NCBI GenBank assembly: GCA_007375595.1
Contig: VMEP01000001.1
Location: 10,061 to 74,060 of the forward strand
Direction: 5' to 3'
Length of the DNA stretch: 64,000 nt
DNA from: Parcubacteria group bacterium LiPW_30
GTDB taxonomy: Bacteria > Patescibacteriota > Minisyncoccia > Phycocordibacterales > VMEP01
Under the pieces are notes generated by a model. The model was not told where the DNA came from and searched no databases. It saw only the letters and a list, made by a program, of their open reading frames with translations. The position numbers and the translations under genes are program-made. Positions 39,892 through 48,314 of this stretch are shown in pieces (positions within the stretch are counted from its first letter, which is position 1; each line of letters opens with the position of its first letter).

Positions 39892-40398
39892 TTAGTGAAT
39901 CCAATCAGTAACTAAATTTATTCCAGTTTTTTTGGCTGACTGTATCGTTATCATTCGTGCATATTTTTTAGAAAAGTTAGCAATGGTATGGCGCTTAATT
40001 TTATCGTCGATTACTAAATCACCCTCAACAAGCTTAGTTCCATTTTTTTTAATTTCACTCTTACTTGTATTTATTTCAGATAATTTATTACTTTCAATGT
40101 AAAAAATTTCCCCAGAAATAACTATCGTTATTTCATGTAGCGATTTATGTGTATGAAATGGTTGAATATGCCTTGGAGGAATATCGGTAACTATAAAACG
40201 AAATGGTAATTTTTTTCCCATCACCTTAATAAGGTCGTAGTCGTGACGAACTTCAAAATTCTTTTTTTTAGCATTAACTAAAATATTTTTTAACCCAAAA
40301 GAAGAAGAGGAAAAAAGTTTATATTGCCCTTTTTCTCCGTATTTTTTCGTAGTATCAATAACAGCTGCTTTTGAAAAACCAGGATGAGTAATTTTCAT
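39892..40398 (-). CDS. Cupin-fold protein, possibly a sugar 3,4-ketoisomerase (FdtA/WxcM C-domain-like).
   Basis: HIQPFHTHKSLHEITIVISGEIFYIE fits the cupin G(x)5HxH(x)3-4E(x)6G motif. Confidence 0.4.
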   Translation of the reverse strand: MKITHPGFSKAAVIDTTKKYGEKGQYKLFSSSSFGLKNILVNAKKKNFEVRHDYDLIKVMGKKLPFRFIVTDIPPRHIQPFHTHKSLHEITIVISGEIFYIESNKLSEINTSKSEIKKNGTKLVEGDLVIDDKIKRHTIANFSKKYARMITIQSAKKTGINLVTDWIH

Positions 40399-40450
40399 AG
40401 TATGCGCTTTACTTTATCAAAAATTAAGATAATTACTACCTATAACAACA

Positions 40451-40492
40451 GAAAAGGGGCTAGCGTGACAACGCTTAGCCCCTTTCTTTTTT
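40451..40492 (-). terminator. Intrinsic terminator downstream of the 81-aa GC-rich ORF (structure also plausible on the + strand).
   Basis: ggggctagcgtgacaacgcttagcccc (40457-40483) flanked by T runs on both strands. Confidence 0.6.
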
Positions 40493-40496
40493 GGCA

Positions 40497-40742
40497 CTAC
40501 TCGGCCAACGACGACTCGGCTGTTTGTGGCGCCTTGTCATGGCCGTGCTTGTGGCGCCATGCATCTTGGTCGGTTGCATAAAGCTGCCCATCCTCGATTG
40601 CTTCGTGAAATGCCCGTGCGGCCATTTCTCCAGCTTCGTCGTTCGTAAACGCTACCGTCACGACCCATGGGCAGGAACCGTTTCTTTTCTGCTCCACCGT
40701 CGCTTTGGTGAAATTGCGAAGACCAACAACTGATGTCACCAT
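40497..40742 (-). CDS. Hypothetical 81-aa protein encoded in a GC-rich (about 55%) islet; probable horizontally acquired gene.
   Basis: MVTSVVGLRNFTKATVEQKRNGSCPWVVTVAFTNDEAGEMAARAFHEAIEDGQLYATDQDAWRHKHGHDKAPQTAESSLAE; strong SD AAGGAGGAAGTTCATCATG; terminator directly downstream; local GC far above the backbone. Confidence 0.5.
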   Translation of the reverse strand: MVTSVVGLRNFTKATVEQKRNGSCPWVVTVAFTNDEAGEMAARAFHEAIEDGQLYATDQDAWRHKHGHDKAPQTAESSLAE

Positions 40743-40785
40743 GATGAACTTCCTCCTTGTGAACTTGCTGCTTGATAAACTAACA

Positions 40786-41667
40786 CTAATTGCCGATTAT
40801 GTCAATAAAATTTCTGGTATATTTTTCAGCCACTAACCATATTTTTTCCCGTAAAACTGTGTCTTCGGTTGAAGCGTGTGCATTATTTATTTCTTTATTT
40901 ACAAAATATTTCCCCGTAACATCTACCAATAGTGGTGAACTCGCAAGATAAACACTGGTTTCAGCTCCCTCCTTTGAAGAAATTAGTGTCCTTTTAAAAA
41001 AGAAAGATGCTATTGGATTCATTTTGCGAACATTTTTCATAGTCATTTCTGTATCAACTACTCCTGGATGAAGCGCATTTACCGTAACCCCACTTCCCCT
41101 CAAATCTTTGGCTAATTTTTTAGTAAATAAAATTAAAGCTAGTTTTGACTGAGAATAAGCTTTGTACTTATCAAAACTTTTTGCGCTTTCTAAGTCTTCA
41201 AAATCTATCTCCCCCTCCGTATGCATCGAGGACGAGACATTTATTACCCGCGATGGTGAACTTTGTTTTAATAAAGGAAGGAGTAATTTGGTCAATAAAA
41301 ATGGTGCTAAAAAATTTACCGCAAAATTTAATTCAATTCCATCTTTAGAAACCTCCCTTTCTTGTGGCAAAACTCCAGCGTTGTTTATTAGAACATCAAG
41401 TCTTTCGTATTTCTTCTTAAATTCTTCTGTAAGCTCCCTAATTGAACGAAACGACGACAGATCGCAAATCAGATAATTAACATTACTATTTTTAGTTTCA
41501 TTAACTATATCCATCTTTGTCTTCTCCCCATTTTTTTCATCACGACTCGTGAAAATAACATTAGCCCCCATCCGCGCTAACGAAAGTGCCGTTTCTTTAC
41601 CAATACCAGAGGTGGCACCAGTAATCAAACAATTTTTACCAACTATATTCCAATCTTTATTATTCAT
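40786..41667 (-). CDS. Short-chain dehydrogenase/reductase (SDR).
   Basis: NCLITGATSGIGKETALSLARMGANVIFTSRD...LDVLINNAGV...YSQSKLALILFTKKL. The start is moved to the ATG at 41667 (MNNKDWNIVGK), because the ORF-track start would overlap the upstream gene. Confidence 0.8.
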   Translation of the reverse strand: MNNKDWNIVGKNCLITGATSGIGKETALSLARMGANVIFTSRDEKNGEKTKMDIVNETKNSNVNYLICDLSSFRSIRELTEEFKKKYERLDVLINNAGVLPQEREVSKDGIELNFAVNFLAPFLLTKLLLPLLKQSSPSRVINVSSSMHTEGEIDFEDLESAKSFDKYKAYSQSKLALILFTKKLAKDLRGSGVTVNALHPGVVDTEMTMKNVRKMNPIASFFFKRTLISSKEGAETSVYLASSPLLVDVTGKYFVNKEINNAHASTEDTVLREKIWLVAEKYTRNFIDIIGN

Positions 41668-41680
41668 TATTTTTATTAAT

Positions 41681-43099
41681 TTACTCCGCTTCCTCAATCT
41701 CAAAATCATCCGCGGAAAGTTCGTCTTTTCCCTCGCCAACCCCCCGAGCATTAAACATAACACCAAAAATCGCCAAAGCCGACAAGACCACAACAGAAAG
41801 GAGCCATTTTATGGGAAATGCTTGGTTTTGTTTTATTGGTGCATTCTCACCCCCACTAGAAGCTAGAGCGACTGATGCTGCTATATCTTTACCGGAAAAA
41901 CCTTTCTCTTCCCCTTCTTTAACTTCCACAAAAGCACTTGTGTTAGATGACTCGCTTACTTCTTCTTTTGTAACCTCAGTAACCGTTAGATCTCCAAAAG
42001 TCGCTGCTGTCGCGCCACTCGGATATAAAAGAGACGGTTTGTCGTTTTGTTTAAATGACAACCTTGTTGTAAGTGAAGAAAAAGTTATTTTACCCTGCGG
42101 TGTAATTATTGTATTTTGGGGAATAAAAAATTGTTCCTTTTGAGATTTCAATATCCAACCAGACAAATCAAGTTCGTTTTTTGAATTATTTGTAATCTCA
42201 ATAAAATAATCGGTAACATCACCAATTTTTGAAACAACGATTTCAGGTTTTACTACTGAAACCTTAAGACGATCTGATCCCGAAAAATAACCGGACGAGA
42301 CTTCAAGCACTGCGATATATTCTCCTGGATAAAGATATGTATGTGTTATTTTTTTACCTTCTTTTAAAATACCATCGCCAAAACTCCACATATATCGAGC
42401 GTTTTCGAGTGGCTCTTTTTTCAAACCAAGAGCTATGCCATCAAAAGTAATTAGCGCACCAGCAACTGCTATTTTATTGTTTCCAGCTTCAACAATCATT
42501 TGTGGTTCAACTGGAAAATTTGAAACAATATTATTTGTTGTAGAAACAGAAGATTGTTCGGTGGTTTCACTGTTTATACTCCCTACTGAAGACAAATCAG
42601 AACCTGGTGTTGGGGTGGCAGGAACCCAACCACCCGATGAATCTTTTTGGAGTGAGTTTCCATCATTTTTTGCCCCTTGGCTTGATGTGTACTCTACGGA
42701 ATTATCACTTGTAACAGCCTCTTCTTTATTATTTTTTATAGCTAGTTTTTCGCCGTCGTTTAAAGAAAAAGATGATTTAAAGAGTAACCCTGAAAAATTC
42801 GTAAAGTAATTTTTAAAAACGGTTGGATCTTTTGAAACTATCGCGTATCCACTAGGTGGAATTTCTGAAGCGCCGATAGCAGTAATGCTGTGATTGGTGT
42901 CGTTTTCAAAGAAAAATAATTTGGTAAGGTCAACAGAAACAGAGCCGGTATTTTGAACTTCAAACCACTCCCCACCAGAGCTTGCATCAGCATCTTTTGG
43001 GTCATACATTATTTCTGAAAAATAAATCTGCGCGCTGGTGAAAAGCGGTATAAAAAATAAAATTGTTAAAAATTTTAAACTACTTCTCATCGTGACCAA
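41681..43099 (-). CDS. Cell-surface protein: signal peptide, LTD, PKD domain, second LTD-like domain, C-terminal TM anchor.
   Basis: AQIYFSEIMYDPKDADASSGGEWFEVQNTGSVSVDLTKLFF...IPPSGYAIV (LTD); MWSFGDGILKEGKKITHTYLYPGEYIAVLEVSSG (PKD); IEITNNSKNELDLSGWILKS (LTD-like); C-terminal WLLSVVVLSALAIFGVMF. Confidence 0.65.
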   Translation of the reverse strand: MVTMRSSLKFLTILFFIPLFTSAQIYFSEIMYDPKDADASSGGEWFEVQNTGSVSVDLTKLFFFENDTNHSITAIGASEIPPSGYAIVSKDPTVFKNYFTNFSGLLFKSSFSLNDGEKLAIKNNKEEAVTSDNSVEYTSSQGAKNDGNSLQKDSSGGWVPATPTPGSDLSSVGSINSETTEQSSVSTTNNIVSNFPVEPQMIVEAGNNKIAVAGALITFDGIALGLKKEPLENARYMWSFGDGILKEGKKITHTYLYPGEYIAVLEVSSGYFSGSDRLKVSVVKPEIVVSKIGDVTDYFIEITNNSKNELDLSGWILKSQKEQFFIPQNTIITPQGKITFSSLTTRLSFKQNDKPSLLYPSGATAATFGDLTVTEVTKEEVSESSNTSAFVEVKEGEEKGFSGKDIAASVALASSGGENAPIKQNQAFPIKWLLSVVVLSALAIFGVMFNARGVGEGKDELSADDFEIEEAE

Positions 43100-44969
43100 A
43101 AAGTTTTCGTAAAACTTCCTCTGATATTTCTTTGGGGCGAGGGGTTGTCTCTTCTCTTTTTACAAAAACTTCTTTTTTCTCTGGTAATTTATCTTCTGTT
43201 TTATCGCTTTGTTTATGGCTCTCCGGAACAACAACCTTACCGGCTATCTTTCCTTCCGTCATTGCCTTATCAAGCATATTTTTTAAAGCGGAAACATTAC
43301 GAGAAACATTATCGATATCTTTTTTCTTAAGCTCGCTAAGAGAAACCCGCTCTGTTCCATTTTTTGCTTCACGATTATCTACATCATTAAATTTATGCAA
43401 ACGCTCAACGTGGTTATCTTGTTTTTTGTTTTCTGTTTCAATTGGGGTTAATTTAATATCCGCAAAAGCTTTTGCAAAAGCCTTATTTTCTTCTTGTTTT
43501 TTATTAACGACAACACTAGCAACTTCTTTTGCTTTGCTAATATTTTCTTGTGGCTTATTTACACCTACACGAGATAGAAGTGATGGTTTTTCGATATTTT
43601 TATTATCACTACTGTGCCCACTTGAAGTTAAGGGTGCAATTGACAGTGATTTTGGCTTCTTATCTTTCGGTGTAGATGGAACAGGTTCGTACCATTTGGC
43701 GGTTGCACTTTCAACTAAAGCTCGTGGCGATGCATATGTTTTCCTTGTTTCTTCAACAACTTGTTTGGCGAAGGAAACACTCGGTTCTGCAATTGGTGGT
43801 AAAGTTATCGCAGAAAAAGGCTTAGAGCCAATGCCATTAATCATGAGCCTTAGGTATATTTCAGCAAAACCTAAATTAACAATATCTTCAGCGGTAAATT
43901 CTGGAGCAAATTCCTTCTCAAAAACTTCGGCATCGGTTGAACCGACCCTAAAAACAATCATTGTACCAACGTTACCAAACACGGCAGCCTGCACTTCTTC
44001 TGGCATCTGTTCTATATATTGATGGGCAATCGTTAGATTTAATTTATATTTACGGGCCTCTGAAAGAATCTCTGCAAAAGATTCGTTAGCAAACGACTGA
44101 AATTCATCAACGTAAAAATAGAAGTTTGGGAGTCGCGCAAGGTCGTGAGCCGAAACATCAGCGCGCGACATAGCAGCAAGATAAATTTTAGTAACAAGCA
44201 TATTTCCCAAGAGCGCAGAGTTTTCAATACCCATTCTTCCTTTTGAGAGATTCAGTATCAAAATCTTTTTTTCATCCATCATCTTTCTGATATCAAAAGA
44301 TGATTTTGGTTGCCCAATAATATTTCTAATTAAAGGGTTAGAAACAAACTGACCAATTTTATTTTGGATAGCAGCGCCGGCTTCCTGCATATATCTATCG
44401 CCGTATTTAGCAAACTCATCAACCCAAAAAGCCCGCACCGAAGCATCTTTAACATTAGCAACAACAAGGTCGCGATAATCTTTATCCGAAAGCATTCTGT
44501 TAACCCCAAGAAGTGTTGAATCTGGATATTCCAAAAGTGCCAAAAGAATATTGTTCAAAATATATTCCATTCTGGCGGACCAAGCGTCTACCCAAATCTT
44601 TTTAAAAGCGTTCATCAAACCGTTGGCAACTAAGTATCGTTTACTAGGATCAACGTCTTCCATCACATTAAATGAAATCGGATAATCAGTATCAAATGGC
44701 GCAAAATAAACAACATCTTTAATCCGATGCTCTGGAATATAATTTAAAAGTTTTTCTGCGGTACCGCCGTGTGGGTCAATAAAAGCAAGACCTTCTCCGT
44801 TTTCAATATCCTGCACAGCCATGTTCTCAAGAAGGGTCGATTTACCCATACCTGTCTTTCCAATTACGTAAACGTGGCGGGTACGATCTATTGCTTGAAT
44901 ACCAAATTTAAGCCGACGATTGCGGGCGTTGGTTTCAGCAAGATAATTTATTTTTTTGTTATCATCCAC
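43080..44969 (-). CDS. FtsK/HerA-superfamily P-loop ATPase (TraG/TraD/VirD4- or HerA-like 'type IV secretion DNA-binding domain' family). It is cytoplasmic and has a roughly 200-aa K/E-rich disordered tail.
   Basis: VYVIGKTGMGKSTLLENM (Walker A), FIDPHGG, FYFYVDEFQSF (Walker B-like), LTIAHQY. No N-terminal TM segments. Overlaps the downstream LTD gene by 20 nt, which suggests an operon. Confidence 0.55.
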   Translation of the reverse strand: MDDNKKINYLAETNARNRRLKFGIQAIDRTRHVYVIGKTGMGKSTLLENMAVQDIENGEGLAFIDPHGGTAEKLLNYIPEHRIKDVVYFAPFDTDYPISFNVMEDVDPSKRYLVANGLMNAFKKIWVDAWSARMEYILNNILLALLEYPDSTLLGVNRMLSDKDYRDLVVANVKDASVRAFWVDEFAKYGDRYMQEAGAAIQNKIGQFVSNPLIRNIIGQPKSSFDIRKMMDEKKILILNLSKGRMGIENSALLGNMLVTKIYLAAMSRADVSAHDLARLPNFYFYVDEFQSFANESFAEILSEARKYKLNLTIAHQYIEQMPEEVQAAVFGNVGTMIVFRVGSTDAEVFEKEFAPEFTAEDIVNLGFAEIYLRLMINGIGSKPFSAITLPPIAEPSVSFAKQVVEETRKTYASPRALVESATAKWYEPVPSTPKDKKPKSLSIAPLTSSGHSSDNKNIEKPSLLSRVGVNKPQENISKAKEVASVVVNKKQEENKAFAKAFADIKLTPIETENKKQDNHVERLHKFNDVDNREAKNGTERVSLSELKKKDIDNVSRNVSALKNMLDKAMTEGKIAGKVVVPESHKQSDKTEDKLPEKKEVFVKREETTPRPKEISEEVLRKLFGHDEK

Positions 44970-45000
44970 GGCTTTCTTTAAAGTATACTAAAATATGCGC

Positions 45001-45040
45001 CAAACAAAAAACCCTGAGCCACTATCATAGTGACCCAGGG
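45001..45040 (-). terminator. Intrinsic terminator on the minus strand after the small Cys-rich ORF.
   Basis: Minus-strand RNA ccctgggtcact-atgat-agtggctcaggg (12-bp stem including two G-U pairs) followed by UUUUUUU. Confidence 0.55.
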
Positions 45041-45061
45041 TCGTTAGGACGACGCTATTTG

Positions 45062-45235
45062 CTATTCGTCCCCCATCTTTTTTTCAGGGGTGCCATCTTG
45101 AACCATCTTCTTGTTGGCACCCCCGCCATTTTTTTGCGCCATAAGATCAGCGCCCTGTTTCATTCGGCAAAGCGAACGCTCCTCCCATGGAGTATTGCTA
45201 TCGCATTCACCAGCACAATCTTTTTTACACTTCAA
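45062..45235 (-). CDS. Candidate 57-aa cysteine-rich small protein (TTG start) in a GC-rich islet.
   Basis: SD-like aggagaaatagcc upstream of TTG; LKCKKDCAGECDSNTPWEERSLCRMKQGADLMAQKNGGGANKKMVQDGTPEKKMGDE; terminator immediately downstream. The + strand ORF 45059..45283 looks non-protein-like. Confidence 0.3.
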   Translation of the reverse strand: MKCKKDCAGECDSNTPWEERSLCRMKQGADLMAQKNGGGANKKMVQDGTPEKKMGDE

Positions 45236-45343
45236 GGCTATTTCTCCTATCTTTTAGGTTATGGAAACAAAAACGTCGCGTAAAAATATCGCGACTCGTG
45301 TATATTAACACATCTTATTAAAAAAGCAAGTATCCAAATACCC

Positions 45344-46591
45344 CTACTTCTCTAGGGCTCCTAAGGTGTATTTATTAGCTGGATCCCATAAAATCCACGA
45401 GGTAAGACCGGCGTCATAAGTTGCCCTAATTTGTGCGCGAACCTCCGTTGCGCCATATGTTCCTCCATACTGGAAATCTTGTAGCCATGGCCTTAATTTC
45501 AAGCGATTTTCTGGTTTTTTAGTGTATTTAGGAGGGGTTGATGTACCAATGCGACTTTCCCCCATTAAATATATTGGTGTAGTTGTTGCCTCCGCGCGCG
45601 AAACGGCGTGAGACATTGAAAAATTAACGACGCCATAAACCTGTAAATTGGGATTTTTCCAACCATTAAAATATGGTGGATAATGTGATGGGTAAACCAT
45701 TGGCATTACATAATCAAAATATGGAAGAGTTCTCTCAAGAACCTGTCCGATATTTAAATCATCGGTGTTTGTTGTCGTCATCCCAAAAAGATCAGCGGAA
45801 AGCTTGGCTCCTGTCGGTGAAAGTTTTTCATGTAAATATGCAAAAAATTCCTCTAGCGCTACAGCTTTATTTTTTCCTCTACTCCAAGTGAAATCAATAT
45901 CCTTCATGTCCCCGTCTGAAGGAAACCTGATGTAATCAAAATTTAATTCATCAAACCCGAGTTTATATGACTCCTCACCGAGCGCAACGATATAATCCCA
46001 GTATGGCTTAGCTCCGACGTCTATAAACGAAAGTCCTTTTCTGTCTTTCCAAACAGCACCATCACTCAAACGCTTAACAGCAAGCTCTGGGTGAATCTTG
46101 GAATAATATGGATCTTGAAAAACTGTTATGCGGGCAATCGTGTAAATATTTTTTTCGTGAAGAACCTCAACAAACTCCCGAAGGTCTGATATTTTACAAC
46201 CAGTACCGCCATTATCTTTAAAAAGAGGATTGTCTGATTTGAACGAAATTGTTCCGCTATAATCTTTAACATCAATAATAATAGAATTTATCTCGGTATC
46301 ATCTGCAATTTTCGCTAACCTATTACGAAAAGACGGCATACTCCCCGCGCAAGCTGTCATATAAATTCCTTTTAATGGTTCCGGAGTTTTAAGATGAGTA
46401 GAGACTGGCTCTGTTTTTTTAGATGACCCAATTTCTGCTGAAGCAAGAGCTTTTTCCTCTACTTTTGTATTTTGAGAAGCATCTGAATAAACGTTTTGCG
46501 TTATCTGAGAAACTCCAAAGTAAGAAACTGCGAAAAATCCTGCCAACAAACTTCCAACTAAAAACGGTTTCTTGGTTTTATTTTTTAACAT
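45344..46591 (-). CDS. Putative glycoside-hydrolase-like TIM-barrel protein (DUF4015/GHL-type), N-terminally anchored or secreted.
   Basis: N-terminal TM LVGSLLAGFFAVSYFGV; GIYMTACAG...INSIIIDVKDYSG...GFDELNFDYIRFP motifs typical of this uncharacterised GH-like family. Confidence 0.5.
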   Translation of the reverse strand: MLKNKTKKPFLVGSLLAGFFAVSYFGVSQITQNVYSDASQNTKVEEKALASAEIGSSKKTEPVSTHLKTPEPLKGIYMTACAGSMPSFRNRLAKIADDTEINSIIIDVKDYSGTISFKSDNPLFKDNGGTGCKISDLREFVEVLHEKNIYTIARITVFQDPYYSKIHPELAVKRLSDGAVWKDRKGLSFIDVGAKPYWDYIVALGEESYKLGFDELNFDYIRFPSDGDMKDIDFTWSRGKNKAVALEEFFAYLHEKLSPTGAKLSADLFGMTTTNTDDLNIGQVLERTLPYFDYVMPMVYPSHYPPYFNGWKNPNLQVYGVVNFSMSHAVSRAEATTTPIYLMGESRIGTSTPPKYTKKPENRLKLRPWLQDFQYGGTYGATEVRAQIRATYDAGLTSWILWDPANKYTLGALEK

Positions 46592-46594
46592 TAT

Positions 46595-46885
46595 TTATAT
46601 AGAACTTATAACTTCTGGTGTTTTCTCAGTAGAGTTGGCTGGTACTTCTTCTGGCAGAGAAGGGTTATTTGCAGAAAAAAGAGGGGCTGTGTTTTCCGTA
46701 AAAGAGTCTTCTTTCTTTTCTACCGGACCACCAACATCTTTGTTTTTATATGCAACAAAAGCTAATCCTGTAATTGCTACACCAAAAACGAAGGTGAAAA
46801 ATGAGCGCCAAGTAGAGGGAAAACCAGATAGTGGCAAAAGGGTTGTTAAGACACCGAGCAGTATGATTATTCTCTTTTTTGACAT
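46595..46885 (-). CDS. Small membrane protein (2 TM), hypothetical.
   Basis: IIILLGVLTTLLPLSGF and FTFVFGVAITGLAFVAY hydrophobic helices. Confidence 0.4.
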   Translation of the reverse strand: MSKKRIIILLGVLTTLLPLSGFPSTWRSFFTFVFGVAITGLAFVAYKNKDVGGPVEKKEDSFTENTAPLFSANNPSLPEEVPANSTEKTPEVISSI

Positions 46886-46936
46886 ACGGCTATTATAGCG
46901 TAATGTTTTCTCTCGACAAAATTAAAAATCTTTAAG

Positions 46937-47614
46937 CTAGCTAACAATCACCACAAACTCTCCACGAATCTTCTCGTTATTTTCCTCAAAAAAGACTAGT
47001 AATTCTGAAGCTGTTCCAAAAAGCATTTCCTCGTGAATTTTTGTAAGCTCTCTGCCTATTGCAATTTTCTTTTCTGGACAAAACTTATTTAAACTTTGAA
47101 GCGCTTTCAAGATTCGATGTGGTGACTCATAAAAAACTACTGGTCTTTTTGTCTCAACAATTTCTTTGAAGATTGTTTCTCTTCCTTTTTTATGTGGTAA
47201 AAATCCCAAAAATAAAAACTCAGATGAAGGAACCCCTGAAATTGATAAAGCAGAAGTTAAAGCTGATGCCCCTGGAATAGCGACGATAGAAAGATCTTCT
47301 CTAGAAAAATTTTCACGAAGTTTTTGTACTAAATGTGAACCTGGGTCAGAGATAGACGGAGTCCCCGCATCTGAAACAAGGACTAATGATTTCCCTTCCT
47401 CGATTAAAGTGAAGATTTTTTTTAATGTCGTGTCGGTTGAATGCGCATCATAGCGGATGAGTGATTTTTTTATTTCATATTTAGAAAGTAGCTTTGCCGT
47501 TACTCTCGTGTCTTCGCAAAGAATCACGTCGACTTCATTAAGAACACGAATAGCCCGAAGGGTTATATCTTCAAGGTTTCCAATTGGTGTCGCAACAACA
47601 TAAAGTGTGGTCAT
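46937..47614 (-). CDS. rsmI: 16S rRNA (cytidine1402-2'-O)-methyltransferase.
   Basis: MTTLYVVATPIGNLEDITLRAIRVLNEVDVILCEDTRVTAKLL...SDAGTPSISDPG. Confidence 0.85.
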   Translation of the reverse strand: MTTLYVVATPIGNLEDITLRAIRVLNEVDVILCEDTRVTAKLLSKYEIKKSLIRYDAHSTDTTLKKIFTLIEEGKSLVLVSDAGTPSISDPGSHLVQKLRENFSREDLSIVAIPGASALTSALSISGVPSSEFLFLGFLPHKKGRETIFKEIVETKRPVVFYESPHRILKALQSLNKFCPEKKIAIGRELTKIHEEMLFGTASELLVFFEENNEKIRGEFVVIVS

Positions 47615-47629
47615 ATTTGAATCCTAAAC

Positions 47630-47672
47630 GAAATATATAAAAAAGTGAACCGGATGCGAATACATCCGGTTC
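47630..47672 (-). terminator. Intrinsic terminator (minus strand) after the GC-rich 183-aa ORF.
   Basis: gaaccggatg-cgaata-catccggttc, a 10-bp perfect stem; followed on the minus strand by ACUUUUUUAUAUAUUU. Confidence 0.6.
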
Positions 47673-47684
47673 GTAGCGCCCGTG

Positions 47685-48236
47685 TCAGTAATAGGCATAC
47701 ACCCTTGGGGTATCTTCTTCTCCTTCAAACAAAAGGTGTTCTCGTGGAGTACCAAGATAAAGAACGACCCAGCCACCCTCGAAAAAAAACCAGACATTGC
47801 CGACAGCACGATTGTCTCCGCTGTCTCCCTTGATGAGATGTGGTTCGCCGAAGTGCGAGAGAATAAAGCTACGCGAACCGGAATACGCGAAGTATCCCCC
47901 CCACTCAGTTCCCTCCGCAACCCAGTTCATGCTGAGGACAAGTTTATCCCCGTTGGTAAACTGGCGATACGTGGCGTAAAGAGGGCCTCGATAAACAAAC
48001 CCATCCATGTGTATTTCCGCGTCGACCATATGGGCTCTCCGCAAAAGATCCGTCGTCCATCGGGGTGTCTCAACCGACCCCCAATTAACAAGGATCTTTC
48101 CAATGGACCTCATTCCTCGGCCAACGAAAACGGCGCTTTTATGTATCGTATTCATCAGTATCGCAAGTACGATAATCTGACAAAACGAAAAATTTTTACG
48201 CATGCGCTCACAAAACAAGCATGTTATTGCTTTCAT
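47685..48236 (-). CDS. Hypothetical secreted protein (signal peptide, W/Y/G-rich beta-type sequence) encoded in a GC-rich (about 50%) islet.
   Basis: The 183-aa minus-strand ORF is protein-like (…GPLYATYRQFTNGDKLVLSMNWVAEGTEWGGYFAYSGSRSF…), has the SD-like GGGGGTGAAAAATG and its own terminator. The overlapping + strand ORF (47682..48326) is R/S/P/K-rich and looks spurious. Confidence 0.45.
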   Translation of the reverse strand: MKAITCLFCERMRKNFSFCQIIVLAILMNTIHKSAVFVGRGMRSIGKILVNWGSVETPRWTTDLLRRAHMVDAEIHMDGFVYRGPLYATYRQFTNGDKLVLSMNWVAEGTEWGGYFAYSGSRSFILSHFGEPHLIKGDSGDNRAVGNVWFFFEGGWVVLYLGTPREHLLFEGEEDTPRVYAYY

Positions 48237-48314
48237 TTTTCACCCCCACACGAAATAGCCACAAACCTCGGCAATGTTAAAAATCAAGAGTTCCTAAAGG
48301 ACCATTATAGCAGA

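Noticed and set aside
40786-41793. ORF-track start of the SDR gene at 41793 (MWSCRLWRFLVLCLMLGG...).
   Set aside because: That extension would overlap the upstream LTD gene by more than 100 nt. The SDR Rossmann motif begins right after the internal MNNKDW start at 41667.
45059-45283. 74-aa + strand ORF in the GC-rich islet.
   Set aside because: It is hydrophobic junk-like and lacks an RBS. The minus-strand 57-aa ORF has an SD and a terminator and is preferred, though with low confidence.
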